64,000 bases of DNA from Octopus vulgaris (Eukaryota). Shown piece after piece: positions 13,888-28,799 of this stretch. The notes beneath the pieces are model-generated. The model was given only the letters and a program-made list of their open reading frames with translations. It searched no databases and had not been told where the DNA came from. Positions within the stretch are counted from its first letter, which is position 1. Every line of letters begins with the position of its first letter. The translations under genes were made by a program, and so were the position numbers. The stretch covers positions 76,508,001-76,572,000 of the forward strand of contig OX597831.1 of assembly GCA_951406725.2 (NCBI GenBank), given 5' to 3'.

Positions 13888-14288
13888 AGTATCTATATGT
13901 GTGTGTGTGTATGTGTATACGTGTGTATGCGTGTGTATTGACCTTGCCATAGAATAATGTCAAGAGTCACACCCCACCCCGGCGGTAATAATAAAAAATA
14001 TCAACCCCTAAGCCCTTTCCTTAATTGAGAACAATCGCAGGATCGCGAGTTCAAACTCGTTGAGCTTAAGGTGAGATGGAGTGGGGTGGCATTCGATGAG
14101 TGAGGTGGGGGTGGGTGAAGAAGGGATGGTATGATGTTGGGAGGGGGGGGGACATTTAGAATTGAAGAAATAGGTTATACCAAAAAGCATCTCCTTAGTT
14201 AAATTCTGTGACTACGCGCGTGTATGTGTGTGTGTGTGTGTGTGTGCATATATGCATACACATATACATATGCACGCACACACACACT

Positions 14289-14327
<39 letters not shown>

Positions 14328-14329
14328 GA

Positions 14330-14590
14330 TGCAGGTGTGGCTGTGTGGTAAGAAGCTTGTTTTCCAACTACATAGATCCAGGTTCAGTCCCACCTCATGG
14401 CACCTTAGGCAAGTGTCTTTAGCCACAGCCACAGGCCGACCAAAGCCCTGTGGGCCGACTTGGTAGACAGAAACTGAAAGAAGCCTGTCATATGTGTGTG
14501 TGTGTGTGTGTGTGTGATTATGTCTGTATCTCTCTCCCACCGCCGCTTGTCAATCGGTGTTGGTTTGTTCACGTCCACTTAACTTAGCGA
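14330..14590 (+). mobile_element. SINE family A, diverged and 3' truncated
   Basis: GGCTGTGTGGTAAGAAGCTTG...GAAACTGAAAGAAGCC. Confidence 0.8.
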
Positions 14591-15184
14591 TCCATTTTAG
14601 CACAAACTGTTCTGGCCATGTCCTGCCACCTGATGGATCTATTAAGTCATTTTTACGTCAAGGTTTGCAACATCTCGGTCTATTCAAGTAGAGATTTGTT
14701 TGCTGAGATGTATCCTGGTATACATGTCTTGTCCGGCATCCCCTGTTATCCAGATATCATTTGAAGGTAGTGAGCTATTTTGGGGGGAGCGCGGGGGTGC
14801 AATTTTAAACAGAGTAGGGTCAGTTGAGGTAAAGTGAATATGTTGCAATTTAGTTGTGTTGCGAACCTGGTCTGAGTAGAGCCGGAATGGCCTATAATAC
14901 TCTTATTATAGGCCATTCCGGCTCTCTTCCCCTTTTCGCCTTCTTTCTTGTCTTCTTTATTTTCCTAGTCTATCTTGGGCCTTCGTCGAGTGTATGACGA
15001 AGGACAATGTCCGAAGCGTCATACTTTCATTCTACAATTTTTACTTCGTGACGTTTTTCTTTCTCTGAGTCATCAGCTTAATAATATTAACTAAGAAAGT
15101 CCCTTGGACTTGTTTATTATTTATATTTTTTGAATTCGCTTATATGCTTGTGTGTGTATGTGTGGGTGTGTGAATCCGAGCACA

Positions 15185-16027
15185 TACGGAGTCTGATCAA
15201 TAAGTATCCGGATTGTTGCTATTGTAACGAAGCTAAAGCACGCAGAGCGAAGTTGTTTGGTACAGATTGACCTTGATCTCTGCTATGCATGCCCACTAAG
15301 TTTTAATATCCTAACTCACTTCTGCTGTTTACAGCAGTGCTTGGAAGGAAAGTGTGTAGTGAATGATCGTCGCATTGACCATGACAAAGAAGATGAGAAG
15401 AGAATCTGCATCAAATTTAGCCAAAAGTTTTCGAAAAGTTTTCATCGTTCTCAACACAATTAAAGAGATCTTGTGCAACTGAAACCCGAGTAGTTTTGGT
15501 CAGCTGAAAGCAGTTTTAGCACAAACTTGGCAGACATGCGTCGAATACCCAAATTTTCAGTGATAATGGGCTGAACTGATCCTTAAATAATCTACACATC
15601 CTCTGATTACTCACAGATGATGACTTGACGATTTCCCCTCCCAACTTCACGCACATCTGCTGGTTGCGGGTCTCTCAGAACGTTCGTCACTATCGACATT
15701 TTTTGCGGTCATCTTGGAAACGTCTGAACCACTCGTACACTTGTGTGCGACTCATATACTCCTCTCCATACACTTTCTGCAACTTTGCGTAAGTCCCTGA
15801 GCAGGTATTGCCATGACAACTTTCTCTGTCATGGTCAATGTGATGATCACATGCTACACACCTTCCTTCCAAGCACTGCTGTAAACAGGGGAAGTGAGCT
15901 GGAACGTTAAAACTTACTGCACACGCACAGCAGAGACCAAGATCAATCGTTGCCGAGCGGTTTCACTCTGCGTGCTTTAGATGCGTTACAATGGCAACAG
16001 TCCGGATACTTATTGATCAGACTTCGT
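15185..16027. mobile_element. Mariner-derived element with two 5' ends in inverted orientation (~225 bp arms)
   Basis: Termini TACGGAGTCTGATCAATAAGTATCCGGA and TCCGGATACTTATTGATCAGACTTCGT; minus-strand HTH fragment TYAKLQKVYGEEYMSRTQVYEWFRRFQD. Confidence 0.85.
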
Positions 16028-16721
16028 TGATGCATCGGATGATTCCCTCATCTTATCAGACGATCGGTGTCTCACATTCAGCCTGATTCTTCTGGTTTAC
16101 TTTCACCCTTGCGTGTCTACGAATATGACTTTAAGCGCCACACAGCCATCGCCATAGAACTTTACAAGGAACAAAACGGTCCAGTAAATGCATTGTTTGC
16201 GAGACATCCGATTGTCAATGGATTTAAGTGACGACAGCTTGTGCAACTCACTCTCAGTCGTCATAGTAAGTTCCAGTCAAAAGCACTGCAAAATGGCTGG
16301 TAACTGTTTTTGGTTGCAAGTTTAATGTCGGAGTATCTTTCTCCTAGAAAAGCTACCTTCCCCACAGATTTGTCAAAAATAACGAGAACCTCAGCTACCC
16401 TTGGAAAGTCTGTATAACCTATGGGTGGGACCCTGTCAGATTCTACAGTTCCGAGTGGGAATGGACCTGGGAGTAATGGTAATCAAGGGGTCACTTCACG
16501 TTCCTCACAACTCCAGAACTCCCCAACATATATACATCTACGTACGTACGAACGTACATCCATGCATACACACATGCATGCATGGATCTGTGGTAAGAAG
16601 CTTGCTTCCCAACCACAAGCTTTCAGGTTCAATCCTACATTAGGTAAGTGTCTTATGAGACGATTTGGTAGACGGAAACTGAAAGAAGCCCGACGTATAT
16701 ATACATATATATATATATACA

Positions 16722-17568
16722 CTAGCAGAATTGCCCGGCGTTGCTCGGGGCTGAATTGCTTGAAAGTACTGTTAATGATTGCACTGAATTATGATGATTA
16801 TTCAGGCAAATATTGATATAAGCTTACGGTGGGAGATAAGGACTTAACGATCAAACGTGTGCCATTGCATTGTTTTGGAGGAACCAAATTTCTGATGAGC
16901 ATTATAGGGGCACCAACTTTAAGTTTGAGAAAGTGTGGTGGTAGTCCGGGGTGCTCAAAGGAATTGAGTACCTCTATTGGATAGTTGATGACGTCCTCTG
17001 GGTCAGGAGTTGTATCGATAGACTGATATACATAGACTTCCCCAGGAATGAGTTTTAGCATTTCATCATTAATATGGTGAACAGTTTTATTCCTCGGGGC
17101 CAGTATAGCCTTTTTGCCAATCCAATCCATATTCTGATAATTAGCTTGTAGATCTGGGAACACTGCATCTCTGAGATCAGAAGGCGTCTTAACAATGGTA
17201 CAAATGGAATCGATGGCAATATTACCATTTTCATCCCCTGGTATTTTGCCTTCGCCAAGTGCAAGGAGGGTGTGAGGAAATGCTGCTGATGTGATATTAC
17301 ATCGCATATGAGCACGCATATTGGGTAAAGTTTGAGAGTTACTTCCGTTTATTTTAAAAAAATATGCATTAAAATGGAAAAAAATGATGGTAAATTATTT
17401 GTAAAATCATAAACTCATCGTAGACGCGCGCTAATACCCAGAAGGGCTTGATATGAATCACGACTATAAGATACCCGGTTTTGGTTAAACTGCATCGCAA
17501 AATGTGGGAGTAGTTAGGAATCTAAATCGGAGTAGACAGACACACAACCTTTCTTTTATATATAAATA
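16722..17568 (-). mobile_element. Deleted Helitron carrying a PIF1-like helicase fragment
   Basis: 3' hairpin CCCGAGCAACGCCGGGC plus CTAG end; 5' part shared with 36506-36889. Confidence 0.85.
16798..17319 (-). pseudogene. Helitron RepHel PIF1 helicase fragment
   Basis: AILAPRN, SID, YPIEVLNS, GLPPHFLKLKVGAPIMLIRNL, CNGTRLIVK motifs. Confidence 0.9.
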
Positions 17569-17569
17569 T

Positions 17570-18115
17570 TTTCGTCCTAAAAAACTTTGTATGGATTGAA
17601 TGGTTACCTCTATGGAAATATATACACGCACATTATACATACATGTGTGTATAGATGAATATATAAATACATTTAAATATCTATATACACTTTTGGGCGA
17701 TCTTTCTGTTTCTTAGAGATAACTTTAGATCTTATTTTCGTGCTAAAAAACTTTGTATGGAGTGAATGGTTACCTCTATGGAAATATATACACACACGTT
17801 ATACATACATGTGTGCATAGATGAATATATAAATACATTTATATATCTATATACACTTTTGGGCGATCTCTGTGCTACTTAGAGATAACTTTAGATCTTA
17901 TTTTCGTCCTAAAAAACTTTGTGCGGAGTGAATGGTTACGTGTATGGAAATATATACACACACATTATACATACATCTGTGTATAGATGAATATATAAAT
18001 ACATTTAAATATCTATATACACTTTTGGGCGATCTTTCTGCTACTTGGATATAGGGGCGATGTTTCGCTTGTCATCGCCGATATGGGTCTTATATTCGTC
18101 CTAAAAAACTTTCCT
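17570..18115. repeat. Tandem repeat with 166 bp unit (3 copies, last one variant)
   Basis: CGT(C/G)CTAAAAAACTTT at 17573, 17739, 17905 and 18097. Confidence 0.9.
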
Positions 18116-18586
18116 GTCACACACTCACGCACACGCACACACACACACACACACACACACGCACCTTCACACACACACACACACGCACACACACACTCAC
18201 ACACACGCACGTTAGCTTACAATTTTATTTATATATTTGCGTGTCTATGTGTGTAAAGAGGAAGTGGCAGACTGAAAGAGTCACTCACTACAAAAGGTGA
18301 ATTACTTTCATTTTATTCGTTGCACACTGTGTGTGTGCGTGTGCGTGTGGTGTAAACCACATTAAGAAAAGCATTTGACATACACACCAGAATGTGAGTT
18401 TTCTGTAAATTTTGCTTAATTGGAGTTTAAATTTTAAAAAGTGGACCTGGCAAAACCCGATGCATTCTACTCTTAAAAATGCTAAGTAAATTGTAATTGA
18501 AGAAATCCTATATTGTAGATTTCTATAACTGACAAAGGGAGTCAGATAAAATCTGCCTTTTATAATAAGAGATATACATACATATA

Positions 18587-18662
<76 letters not shown>

Positions 18663-18725
18663 CATACATACATATATACATATATATACATATATATATA
18701 TACATATATATACATATATATACTT

Positions 18726-18834
<109 letters not shown>

Positions 18835-18924
18835 GAATAGATAGGGGTAAATTACCCAGGCGGGTACTGTGCGGGCACTCAGTTATAATCTTTTTTCCGG
18901 TTAATCGCATCGAGTTGTAAGGAT

Positions 18925-19133
18925 CTGTGTTTGTTCCCCCACAACATCGCTTGACAATCGATGCTGGTGTGTTTGCGTCCCCGTAACTTAACGTTTCGGC
19001 AAAAGAGAACGATAGAATAAGTACTAGGCTTACAAAGAATAAGTCCTGAGGTCGATTTGCTCGACTAAAGGCGGTGCTCCAGCACGGCCACAGTCAAATG
19101 ACTGAAACAAGTAAAAGAGTAAAAGAGTAAAGA

Positions 19134-19135
<2 letters not shown>
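18925..19135 (+). mobile_element. SINE family A, 3' half
   Basis: Tail GGCGGTGCTCCAGCACGGCCACAGTCAAATGACTGAAACAAGTAAAAGAG. Confidence 0.85.
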
Positions 19136-19195
<60 letters not shown>

Positions 19196-19425
19196 GTATG
19201 TATGTATTTACGTATGTATGTATGCATGCATGCATGCATTTTAATATTTCGCAGAGACATCGCAATACTAATAACCTGCTGTAGCACTCAATATACGTAT
19301 CCTTCTGAAGATGCTTTGGTCGAGTATAGAGCAGGAATAAGAAAATGAAAAGACAAAGGAATAAACCATTATCTTAGGAAATTCATTAGCTTACAGCACC
19401 AAAACAAACTTCACTTCATGTTTGA

Positions 19426-19505
19426 GGCTCTGATGAAGCTCCAAAGAGTTACTCAGGTATCGACCATAAGTCCGCTGCAACCTATAGCGGAAACAACTGT
19501 AAGCC
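19426..19505 (+). ncRNA. Type I hammerhead ribozyme motif with long loop II
   Basis: GGCT-CTGATGA-A-GCT...AGC-G-GAAAC-AACT-GTA-AGCC; intact core, stem I GGCT/AGCC. Confidence 0.6.
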
Positions 19506-19556
19506 AGTGAAGTTCATAAGATAATCGTTCACTCCTTAGTCATCGTTTATATATAT

Positions 19557-19716
19557 GGCTGTGTGGTAAGTAGCTTATTTACCAACCACATGGTTCCGGG
19601 TTCAGTGCCACTGCGTGGCACCTTGGGCAAGTGTCTTCTACTATAGCCTCGGGCCGACCAAAGCCTTGTGAGTGGATTTGGTAGACGGAAACTGAAAGAA
19701 GCCCGTCGTATATATG

Positions 19717-19753
<37 letters not shown>

Positions 19754-19940
19754 TTGTCCCCCTAGCATTGCTTGACAACCGATGCTGATGTGTTTACGTC
19801 CCCGTCACTTAGCGGTTCGGCAAAAGAGACCGATAGAATAAGTACTGGGCTTACAAAAGAATAAGTCCCGGGGTCGAGTTGCTCGATTAAAGGCGATGCT
19901 CCAGCATGGCCACAGTCAAATGACTGAAACAAGTAAAAAA
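19557..19940 (+). mobile_element. SINE family A, near full length
   Basis: High similarity to 4625-5030 and 60948-61356. Confidence 0.9.
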
Positions 19941-20649
19941 GTATATATATATATATACATACGCATTTGTATATACTGTTTTCATTATATTTGCGACAAT
20001 AAATGGCGTTGGTTCACAGAGATTTCAAAACTCCGAAACACCGAACTCAAGTTCTTATCTCTTATCTTATCTTGTGTTTTTTACCTTTTTTTTTTCATTT
20101 TGTTGTTGTTGTTGTTGTTGTCTTTGTTATGAATCCTATGTGTCTGTTGTTGTCTTTGCTGTTTAGTATTTCTTCTTATCCTTTTTGACTCATTTCCCCC
20201 CACCCCTCTGATATTCAAAACACCACCACCATCACCACCATCACCATCACCACCACCAACAACAACAACAATCTAAAGTATTTGTATTTTTGATAATCTG
20301 ACTTCGGAACTTGATAATAAATTGGTGACAATGGTTAATGTTGGTCTTTTTTTGTACAGGGGTGGAGGAGGCGTGGGATGGAAAGTCGGGTGGGCGTGGA
20401 TGGGTGAAGCGGGTGGAACGTCTTTCTTTATTTCTTCATTTGTTTGTTTTGTTTTTTCTTGGTGTGTTTGTTTTAGAGAAAGATCGTCTTTTGTTTCCGA
20501 AGAAGAATAAAATGAATAAAAAGAAAGAACAGAAAAAGAAAAAAAAAATGAAGGAAAAAAGGCGGGGATTTTCAAGGACGTCCGTTGAGGACCATCAAGC
20601 GAAAGCCTGGGCCACCGTGGGGTTTCATTGCGTATATGGATGCGTTGAT

Positions 20650-22400
<1,751 letters not shown>

Positions 22401-23044
22401 CGTGTACGTGTCTAATTGTCGGAGGTTGTTTATTGATTTCTGTGATAATGACGAGGAAGGTTTTAATGAAATGTTCTTTGTAGGGTTTCGTTTATTCCGA
22501 CTTTGGCGATGAAAAGTGAGGAAATAAAAGAGAAGATAATTGGTCGAAATGCCTGAGAAAAAGAACTAAAAAAAAAAAGAAAAAAGAAAGAAAGAAAGAA
22601 AAAAACAAAAGATGGAATAAATGGATCCGTTTAGCGACGCCAAACGTGTTATTCTCATCTTCCTTTGTGTCTTATTTAAAATGACGAGACTCACACAAAT
22701 ACGTCCGATCTCAGCACTTGAAAAGCAAGGTGGGCAGAAACAGCGAGATTTCATAATTACAAAATTATAGCTACATCCGTCGTGCACGTGTTAGTAACCC
22801 ACATTTCCATATAAACCCGCAGAGAGACGGGTTTTGTTGAAGACATTGCATGTGTGAGCGAAGAGCGAAGAGCGAAGAGCAGTCGCTTCTCGACCGGTTT
22901 CCACTCGGTCGTCGGGGTTCTCTGTCGTTCTTTCCCCCCGCATCTCGAAAAAAGCCCGTTGACTGCTCTCTTCCTGTCGCGAAATGAGAGTTTTCCTTCT
23001 CGGCAATAACAGCAAGCAAACGGATTCTATTAGCGATAGCAGCC

Positions 23045-23793
23045 AACTGGCAGAATCGTTAGCACGCCGGGCGAAATGCTTATCGGCATTTCGTCTGCCG
23101 TTACGTTCTGAGTTCAAATTCCGCCGTGGTCGACGTTGCCTTTTATCCTTTCGGGGTCGATAAATTAAGTACCAGTTACGCACTGAGTCGATATAATCGA
23201 CTTAATCCCTTTGTCTGTCCTTGTTTGTCCCCTCTATGTTTAGCTCCTTCTGGGCAATAAAGAAATAAGAATCGTTAGCACGCCAGGTGAAATGTTTAGC
23301 GTTATTTCATCCGCCTTTATTTTCTAAGTTCAAACTCCGCCGAAGTCGATAAAACAAGTACCAGTTGAGCACTGGAGGTACCCCCATCCCCGTGAAATTA
23401 CTGGCCTCGTGTGCCAAAATTTGAAATCATTATTGGAGATAGCAGAAAGGTGGCGAGCTGGCAGAAACGTTAGCACGCCGGAAGAAATGCTTAGCGGTAT
23501 TTCGTCTGCCGTTACGTTCTGAGTTCAAATTCCGCCGAGGTCGACTTTGCCTTTCATCCTTTCGGGGTCGAAAAATTAAGTACCAGTTACGCACTAGGGT
23601 CGATGTAATCGACTTAATCCGTTTGTCTGTTCTTTTTTGTCTCCTCCGTGTTTAGCCCCTTGGGGGTAATAAAGAAATAGGTATTTTGTCAGCCGCTACG
23701 TTCTGAATTCAAATTCCGCCGAGGTCGACTTTGCCTTTCATCCTTTCGGGGTCGATAAATTAAGTACCAGTTACGCACTGGGGTCGATCTAAT
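23045..23793 (+). mobile_element. SINE family B cluster (two heads, four body units)
   Basis: CTGGCAGAATCGTTAGCACGCC heads near 23047 and 23458; repeated GTTCAAATTCCGCCGAGGTCGAC. Confidence 0.85.
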
Positions 23794-23899
23794 CGAAGAA
23801 GAAGAAGAAGAAGAAGAAGAAGAAGAAGAAGAAGAAGAAGAAGAAGAAGAAGAAGAAGAAGAAGAAGAAGAAGAAGAAGAAGAAGAAGAAGAAGAAGAA

Positions 23900-24930
23900 A
23901 ACACAACAAAAGCTATAAAGCAAATGAAATCAAAACTAAAACTAGAACAGCAACGGACCATGATAAAACGATGGCAAGAAAAGCCCCTTCATGGCAAATA
24001 CTGGACTAAACTAAATGCAAAAGAAATAGACAAAGGAAAACCCCAGCAATGGTTGAGAAGCTCACGACTCAAATCAGAGACAGAGGGATTTTTAATTGCA
24101 GCACAAGACCAAAGCCTCCCCACCAGAAATTACCAAAAACATATAATGAAAAGAAATATAACAAGTAACTGCACAATATGTGGAGATGGACAAGAAACAA
24201 TAAATCATATTATCTCTGGCTGCCCAGTCCTGGCTAAGAAGGAATATATTCACAGACACGACAGAGTTGGGACCTACATACACTGGAAACTATGCCAACA
24301 TTATGGAATAACAACAGAAAAAAGATGGTATAGGCACACACCAGAAAAGGTCACAGAAAACGAGAAAGCAACCATACTCTGGGATATGCCGATACACACA
24401 GATAGAGAAATTAAGGCCAACAGACCAGATATAGTTGTCAGAGATCATGAAGGAAAAAATGCTTTCTAATTGATGTATCAATACCAGCAACGTGTCTCAA
24501 AAAGAAATGGAGAAACTTTCAAAATACAAAGACCTGGAAATAGAGGTAACCAGAATGTGGAATCTAAAAACAGAAACAATTTCTATCGTAGTAGGTGCAT
24601 TAGGCATGATAAAAAAATATTCAGACAAATACATAACAAAAACACCAGGACTTACAAACACGTATAACATACAGAAAATTGCACTACAAAATTGTATTTG
24701 CGCAGTATTTTTGTTTTCTTTTTGTTACTTAGTAGCGTTGATTGTCTACTGATTTCGTTAAGAATCGATAGATCTTTTCTCATTTTTTGTATTGCACACA
24801 TCCTACGCTGAACACTTTCAATACAGTAACCATCAGAGCATCACAACAAATCACAGCACATACCCAAGGCACACAGAGCTGCGCTCGGTAGTGAAGTGAA
24901 AGCACGCTAAAAAAAATAAAACTACTGAAT
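23900..24930 (+). mobile_element. 5'-truncated R4/Dong-like non-LTR retrotransposon with restriction-like endonuclease; frameshifted
   Basis: LHGKY, AAQDQSL, zinc knuckle CTICGDGQETINHIISGC, RHDRV, WD, NRPDIVV, KLSKYKDL, VGALG; 3' UTR ends AAATAAAACTACTGAAT in a triplet repeat. Confidence 0.9.
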
Positions 24931-24949
24931 GATGATGATAATGATGATG

Positions 24950-25181
24950 CGTGGCGTTCGATTACAAATAGATAAAATAAAAAAAATACGCATTGTGTAC
25001 AGGGACATCACAAACGAGTGAAAATAGGTAAACACACGAGAGACAAGTAGAGGACAAAATACGAAAAGATGATAAGTCTTCGTCGGTTGTCGCTCTGTTT
25101 ATTACTTCCATACTTTTAATGAAGTTTCCTTATATTGTCGTTAAAAGCACGAAACAGGGAATAATATCATAGTCGACAACC
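24950..25181. mobile_element. Partial copy of the palindromic element at 45768-46167
   Basis: Nearly identical to 45790-46018. Confidence 0.8.
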
Positions 25182-25251
25182 AGCTAGATCAAACAACTGC
25201 AAGTGGATCAGAGGCATTACTTATTGAACGTCCCTCGTAATGATGATGGTG

Positions 25252-25331
<80 letters not shown>

Positions 25332-25424
25332 AATAAAAATAATAATAGTAATAATAATAATAATAATAGTAATAATAATAATAATTATCATTATTATCAT
25401 CATCATCATCATTATTATTAATAT

Positions 25425-25672
25425 ATGCCCTGATGCAGTACCAGACAGTGGCTCTCATGGCTTCTGATCTTTACTGAGTGGAAGTGTTATCATGTACATT
25501 GTTTTGTCTTGGTATAAAAGATGGGCTACAGCAAATATTCTGCTCAATATCACAGATTCGCTTGTCATTTGTTTGACCTTAACCAGTTGGGCATGTCCTT
25601 TGGTGGCTGACGATATGTGCATCTCTGATCACGAGCAGAAGTAATGGGGGAGCATCAATGCCCTGATGCAGT
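25425..25672 (+). mobile_element. Family D repeat, partial copy
   Basis: Reverse complement of part of 349-830 and 989-1465; next to AAT/ATT tracts. Confidence 0.75.
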
Positions 25673-26489
25673 TGGCCACCAGGGCCGAACACAAAACATA
25701 GAGGACGATCCACAGACGAGGGACAATGAAATTAAACGCGTAAACAGCCAACAAACACAAGGAATAACAAAGATTAAATGAACAATGTGCTTCCCCAATA
25801 GGGGGCAGTTCCATCGTAAGGTGACCAAGGAGACCCCACTCACTTTGGACCCCTCAACACCAACGGCTCCTCAGGAAGGCACCCTCTCTTCTCCCTTCCT
25901 TCCGACCTACAGGCGCATACTTAGATAAGGCCCATTCATGCAGACCATTCTTGCCACATTCTCCCACCTTTCAATAAACTTACTGGCTGACAGTACCGCC
26001 CTTTCCAGCCTCACTTTCCTTTTCAGGTGGAACCTGAAAAAGTCAATGGGGCCTTGGCCAAAGAGGAAAGGCACCCGTCTTCAACCATTTCAATCGCGTC
26101 CATTACACAACCTCTTTTGCCATAGCCACCAGACATAAAAAGTGCCTTTCTTTCCCGGCCAAAGTAAGGAGGCGGAGCGATCTTCACAATTGACTCGGAT
26201 GATAGCCGGATCCGTCCTACATGTGACAATAACTGTTCGACAAAGCTCCACAAGTCAGCAATGTTCGGGCACTATACGAGAGCCTGCAGAACGGTTTCAT
26301 CGCTGCGCATGCATCTCGGACAAGTCCGACTGGCTGCACACTTGTGCCTGTAGAGTTTATCTCGAACCGGCAACGCTCCCCCGGTAGCGCTGCCACGCCA
26401 GGGCTTTCTGGAAGTTATCTATAGTTCCCGGCCTGAAAGTCTTCTGGAAGAGACCAGCCAGCTGATCCCCCGCAAAAACCACGCTCTTG

Positions 26490-26491
<2 letters not shown>
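25673..26491 (-). mobile_element. L1/Tx1-like retrotransposon 3' fragment
   Basis: Minus-strand FQKALAWQRYRGALPVRDKLYRH...CPRCMRSDETVLQALV*CPNIADLWSFVEQ resembles zf-RVT. Confidence 0.75.
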
Positions 26492-26544
<53 letters not shown>

Positions 26545-26562
26545 TGTGTGTGTGTATGTGTT

Positions 26563-26602
<40 letters not shown>

Positions 26603-27219
26603 TGTATGTTGTTGTGAGGGTTTTGTGTGTAAACAAGACTAACAAATATTTTTAAAAATCAATCATGTGTGACCCTCAATAGGGAGAAGACATTCGAGGG
26701 CTGCTCATGGAAAAAACCCTATAAAACACCTTGAGTGACCTGACTTTTGCGCCAGGTACTTTTTTTCCTTTCTTTTTGAGGAAGGAATTTAGTAGATAGC
26801 ATCAACCCCAGTACTCGACTGGTACTTTATTTTTATCGGCTCTGAAAGGAGATTGGGCAAAGTTGACCACAGCGGGATTTGAACTCAGCATCTAAAGAAT
26901 CACATGAAATGCTGCGAAGTATTGTGTCTCTATTTCTAACGTGGATAGAGGAGCAGGAATTTTGAGGAATGGGAAGCAGTCGTTCATATCGTCCCCCACT
27001 GAATGACTGGTATCTTATTTCATTGACTCTGAAAGAGCGTAAGGTGGAACTGACCTCGGCAGAATTAGAATTTTGGAATAAAACAGCTGAAAGAAACACC
27101 GCACACATACATACATACATACATACATACATACATACATACATACATACATACATACATACATACGTACGCGCGCGCGCGTGTGTGTGTGTGTGTGTGT
27201 ATACATACTTTCTTAATTC

Positions 27220-27565
27220 TTTTACTTGTTTCAGGCATTTGACTGCGGCCATGCTGGAGTACCGCCTTTTAGTCGAACAAATCGACCCCAGGACTTAGTC
27301 TTTGTAAGCCTAGTACTCATTCTATCGGTTTCTTTTTCCGAACCGCTAAGTTACGGGGACGTAAACACACCAGCATCGGTGATGTTGGGGGGGGGGACAA
27401 ACACAGACACGCAAACGTATACACACACACACACACACACATATGTATATATATGTATATATATATATATATATTATATTAAATTAGAGATAAAACCACT
27501 ATTAGGCAAATCAAACAGTGAAAAACATAAGCCAATACATAAAATTAATTTAAAAATATAAAAGT

Positions 27566-27620
<55 letters not shown>

Positions 27621-27715
27621 GACGGGCTTCTTTCAGTTTCCGTCTACCAAATCCATTCACAAGGCTTTGGTCGGCCCGAGACTATAGTAGAAGACACTTG
27701 CCCAAGGTGCCATAC
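27220..27715 (-). mobile_element. SINE family A with an insertion in its internal microsatellite
   Basis: 3' half 27220-27415 and 5' half 27619-27715. Confidence 0.85.
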
Positions 27716-28274
27716 ATATATATACACACACATATATATATGTCCCTCTTTTTCTCTCTCTTCTCCCTCTCTTTGATTCCTTTGTCCCTTTTTTCTCTCT
27801 CTTCTCTTCTCACGTGACCGCTAGTCAACTATAGCCTTTCGGCTTTTGACCAGCGCCAGGACAACACTGATCTCTTCGTCTGCCGTAAGGCATTATTTTT
27901 CAAATACGCCAAGCTAAGTTGAACTGTCTAAAGTCGAAAGACGCCTGTTGTTTTTGTCCTGTTATTATTATTATTATTGTTTTTTGTATTTATATTCGTA
28001 TTACATTTTGTTTTTTGTATTTATATTCGTGTGGCATCGTCCGTTTTTCTGTCCTTGTTTCGTATACATTCGATCCTTTTTCCAAGAAATCTAATGCTCG
28101 TAGCTTAGTTTTTCCTTGGGGCTGGCCGGATCGGAGCGATCTCCGGATTAATCAGCCGAAATGGTGAGGATGATCCTGTTCTTGACTGAAGATTAGAGGC
28201 TTCGAATAACCCGTCCGTTTTTTGTGTCGTCTATTTGAATGTTTTGCGTTCTTGTCCCATTTTGTATTTTTATA

Positions 28275-28367
<93 letters not shown>

Positions 28368-28766
28368 TGTATGTATGTATGTATGTATGTCTATATTATG
28401 TATATATATGTTTGTGTGTGTGTGTGCATGTGCATGTGTATGTTCGGGCGTGCGTGCGTGTGTATGTGTGTCTGTGTTTGTCTCGCTGACACCGTTAAGC
28501 AACCGGTGTTTGTATATTTACGTCCCCACAACTTAATGACTTGGCAAGAAGACGGTTGAATATGCTCCAGTTTTAAAAATAGATAAAAAGAAAATCGTAA
28601 GTCCTGGGGCCGATTTGTTTGACTAAAATTCTTCGAAGCGGGTGACTCCAGCGTGGTCGTAGTGAAATGATTGACGCAAGAAGGCAAAAAGAACACTGTA
28701 TCTTTTAATTTATAGTTTGGATCGTCACGGTTAGATTGTCGATGTGCGCAATCAGAGCAGATTGAC

Positions 28767-28799
<33 letters not shown>

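Noticed and set aside
15045-15080. Minus-strand CTGATGA...GAAAAACGTC
   Set aside because: No stem I and wrong spacing
25540-25620. Possible HDV-like ribozyme fold within family D
   Set aside because: TGCTCAA/TTG(A/G)GCA pairing is possible but P1.1 and P2 are weak, it is not at the element end, and it is not kept in all copies
27800-28260. Structured-looking segment containing CTGAAGA near 28186
   Set aside because: Probably an unclassified repeat; GAAA core and stems absent
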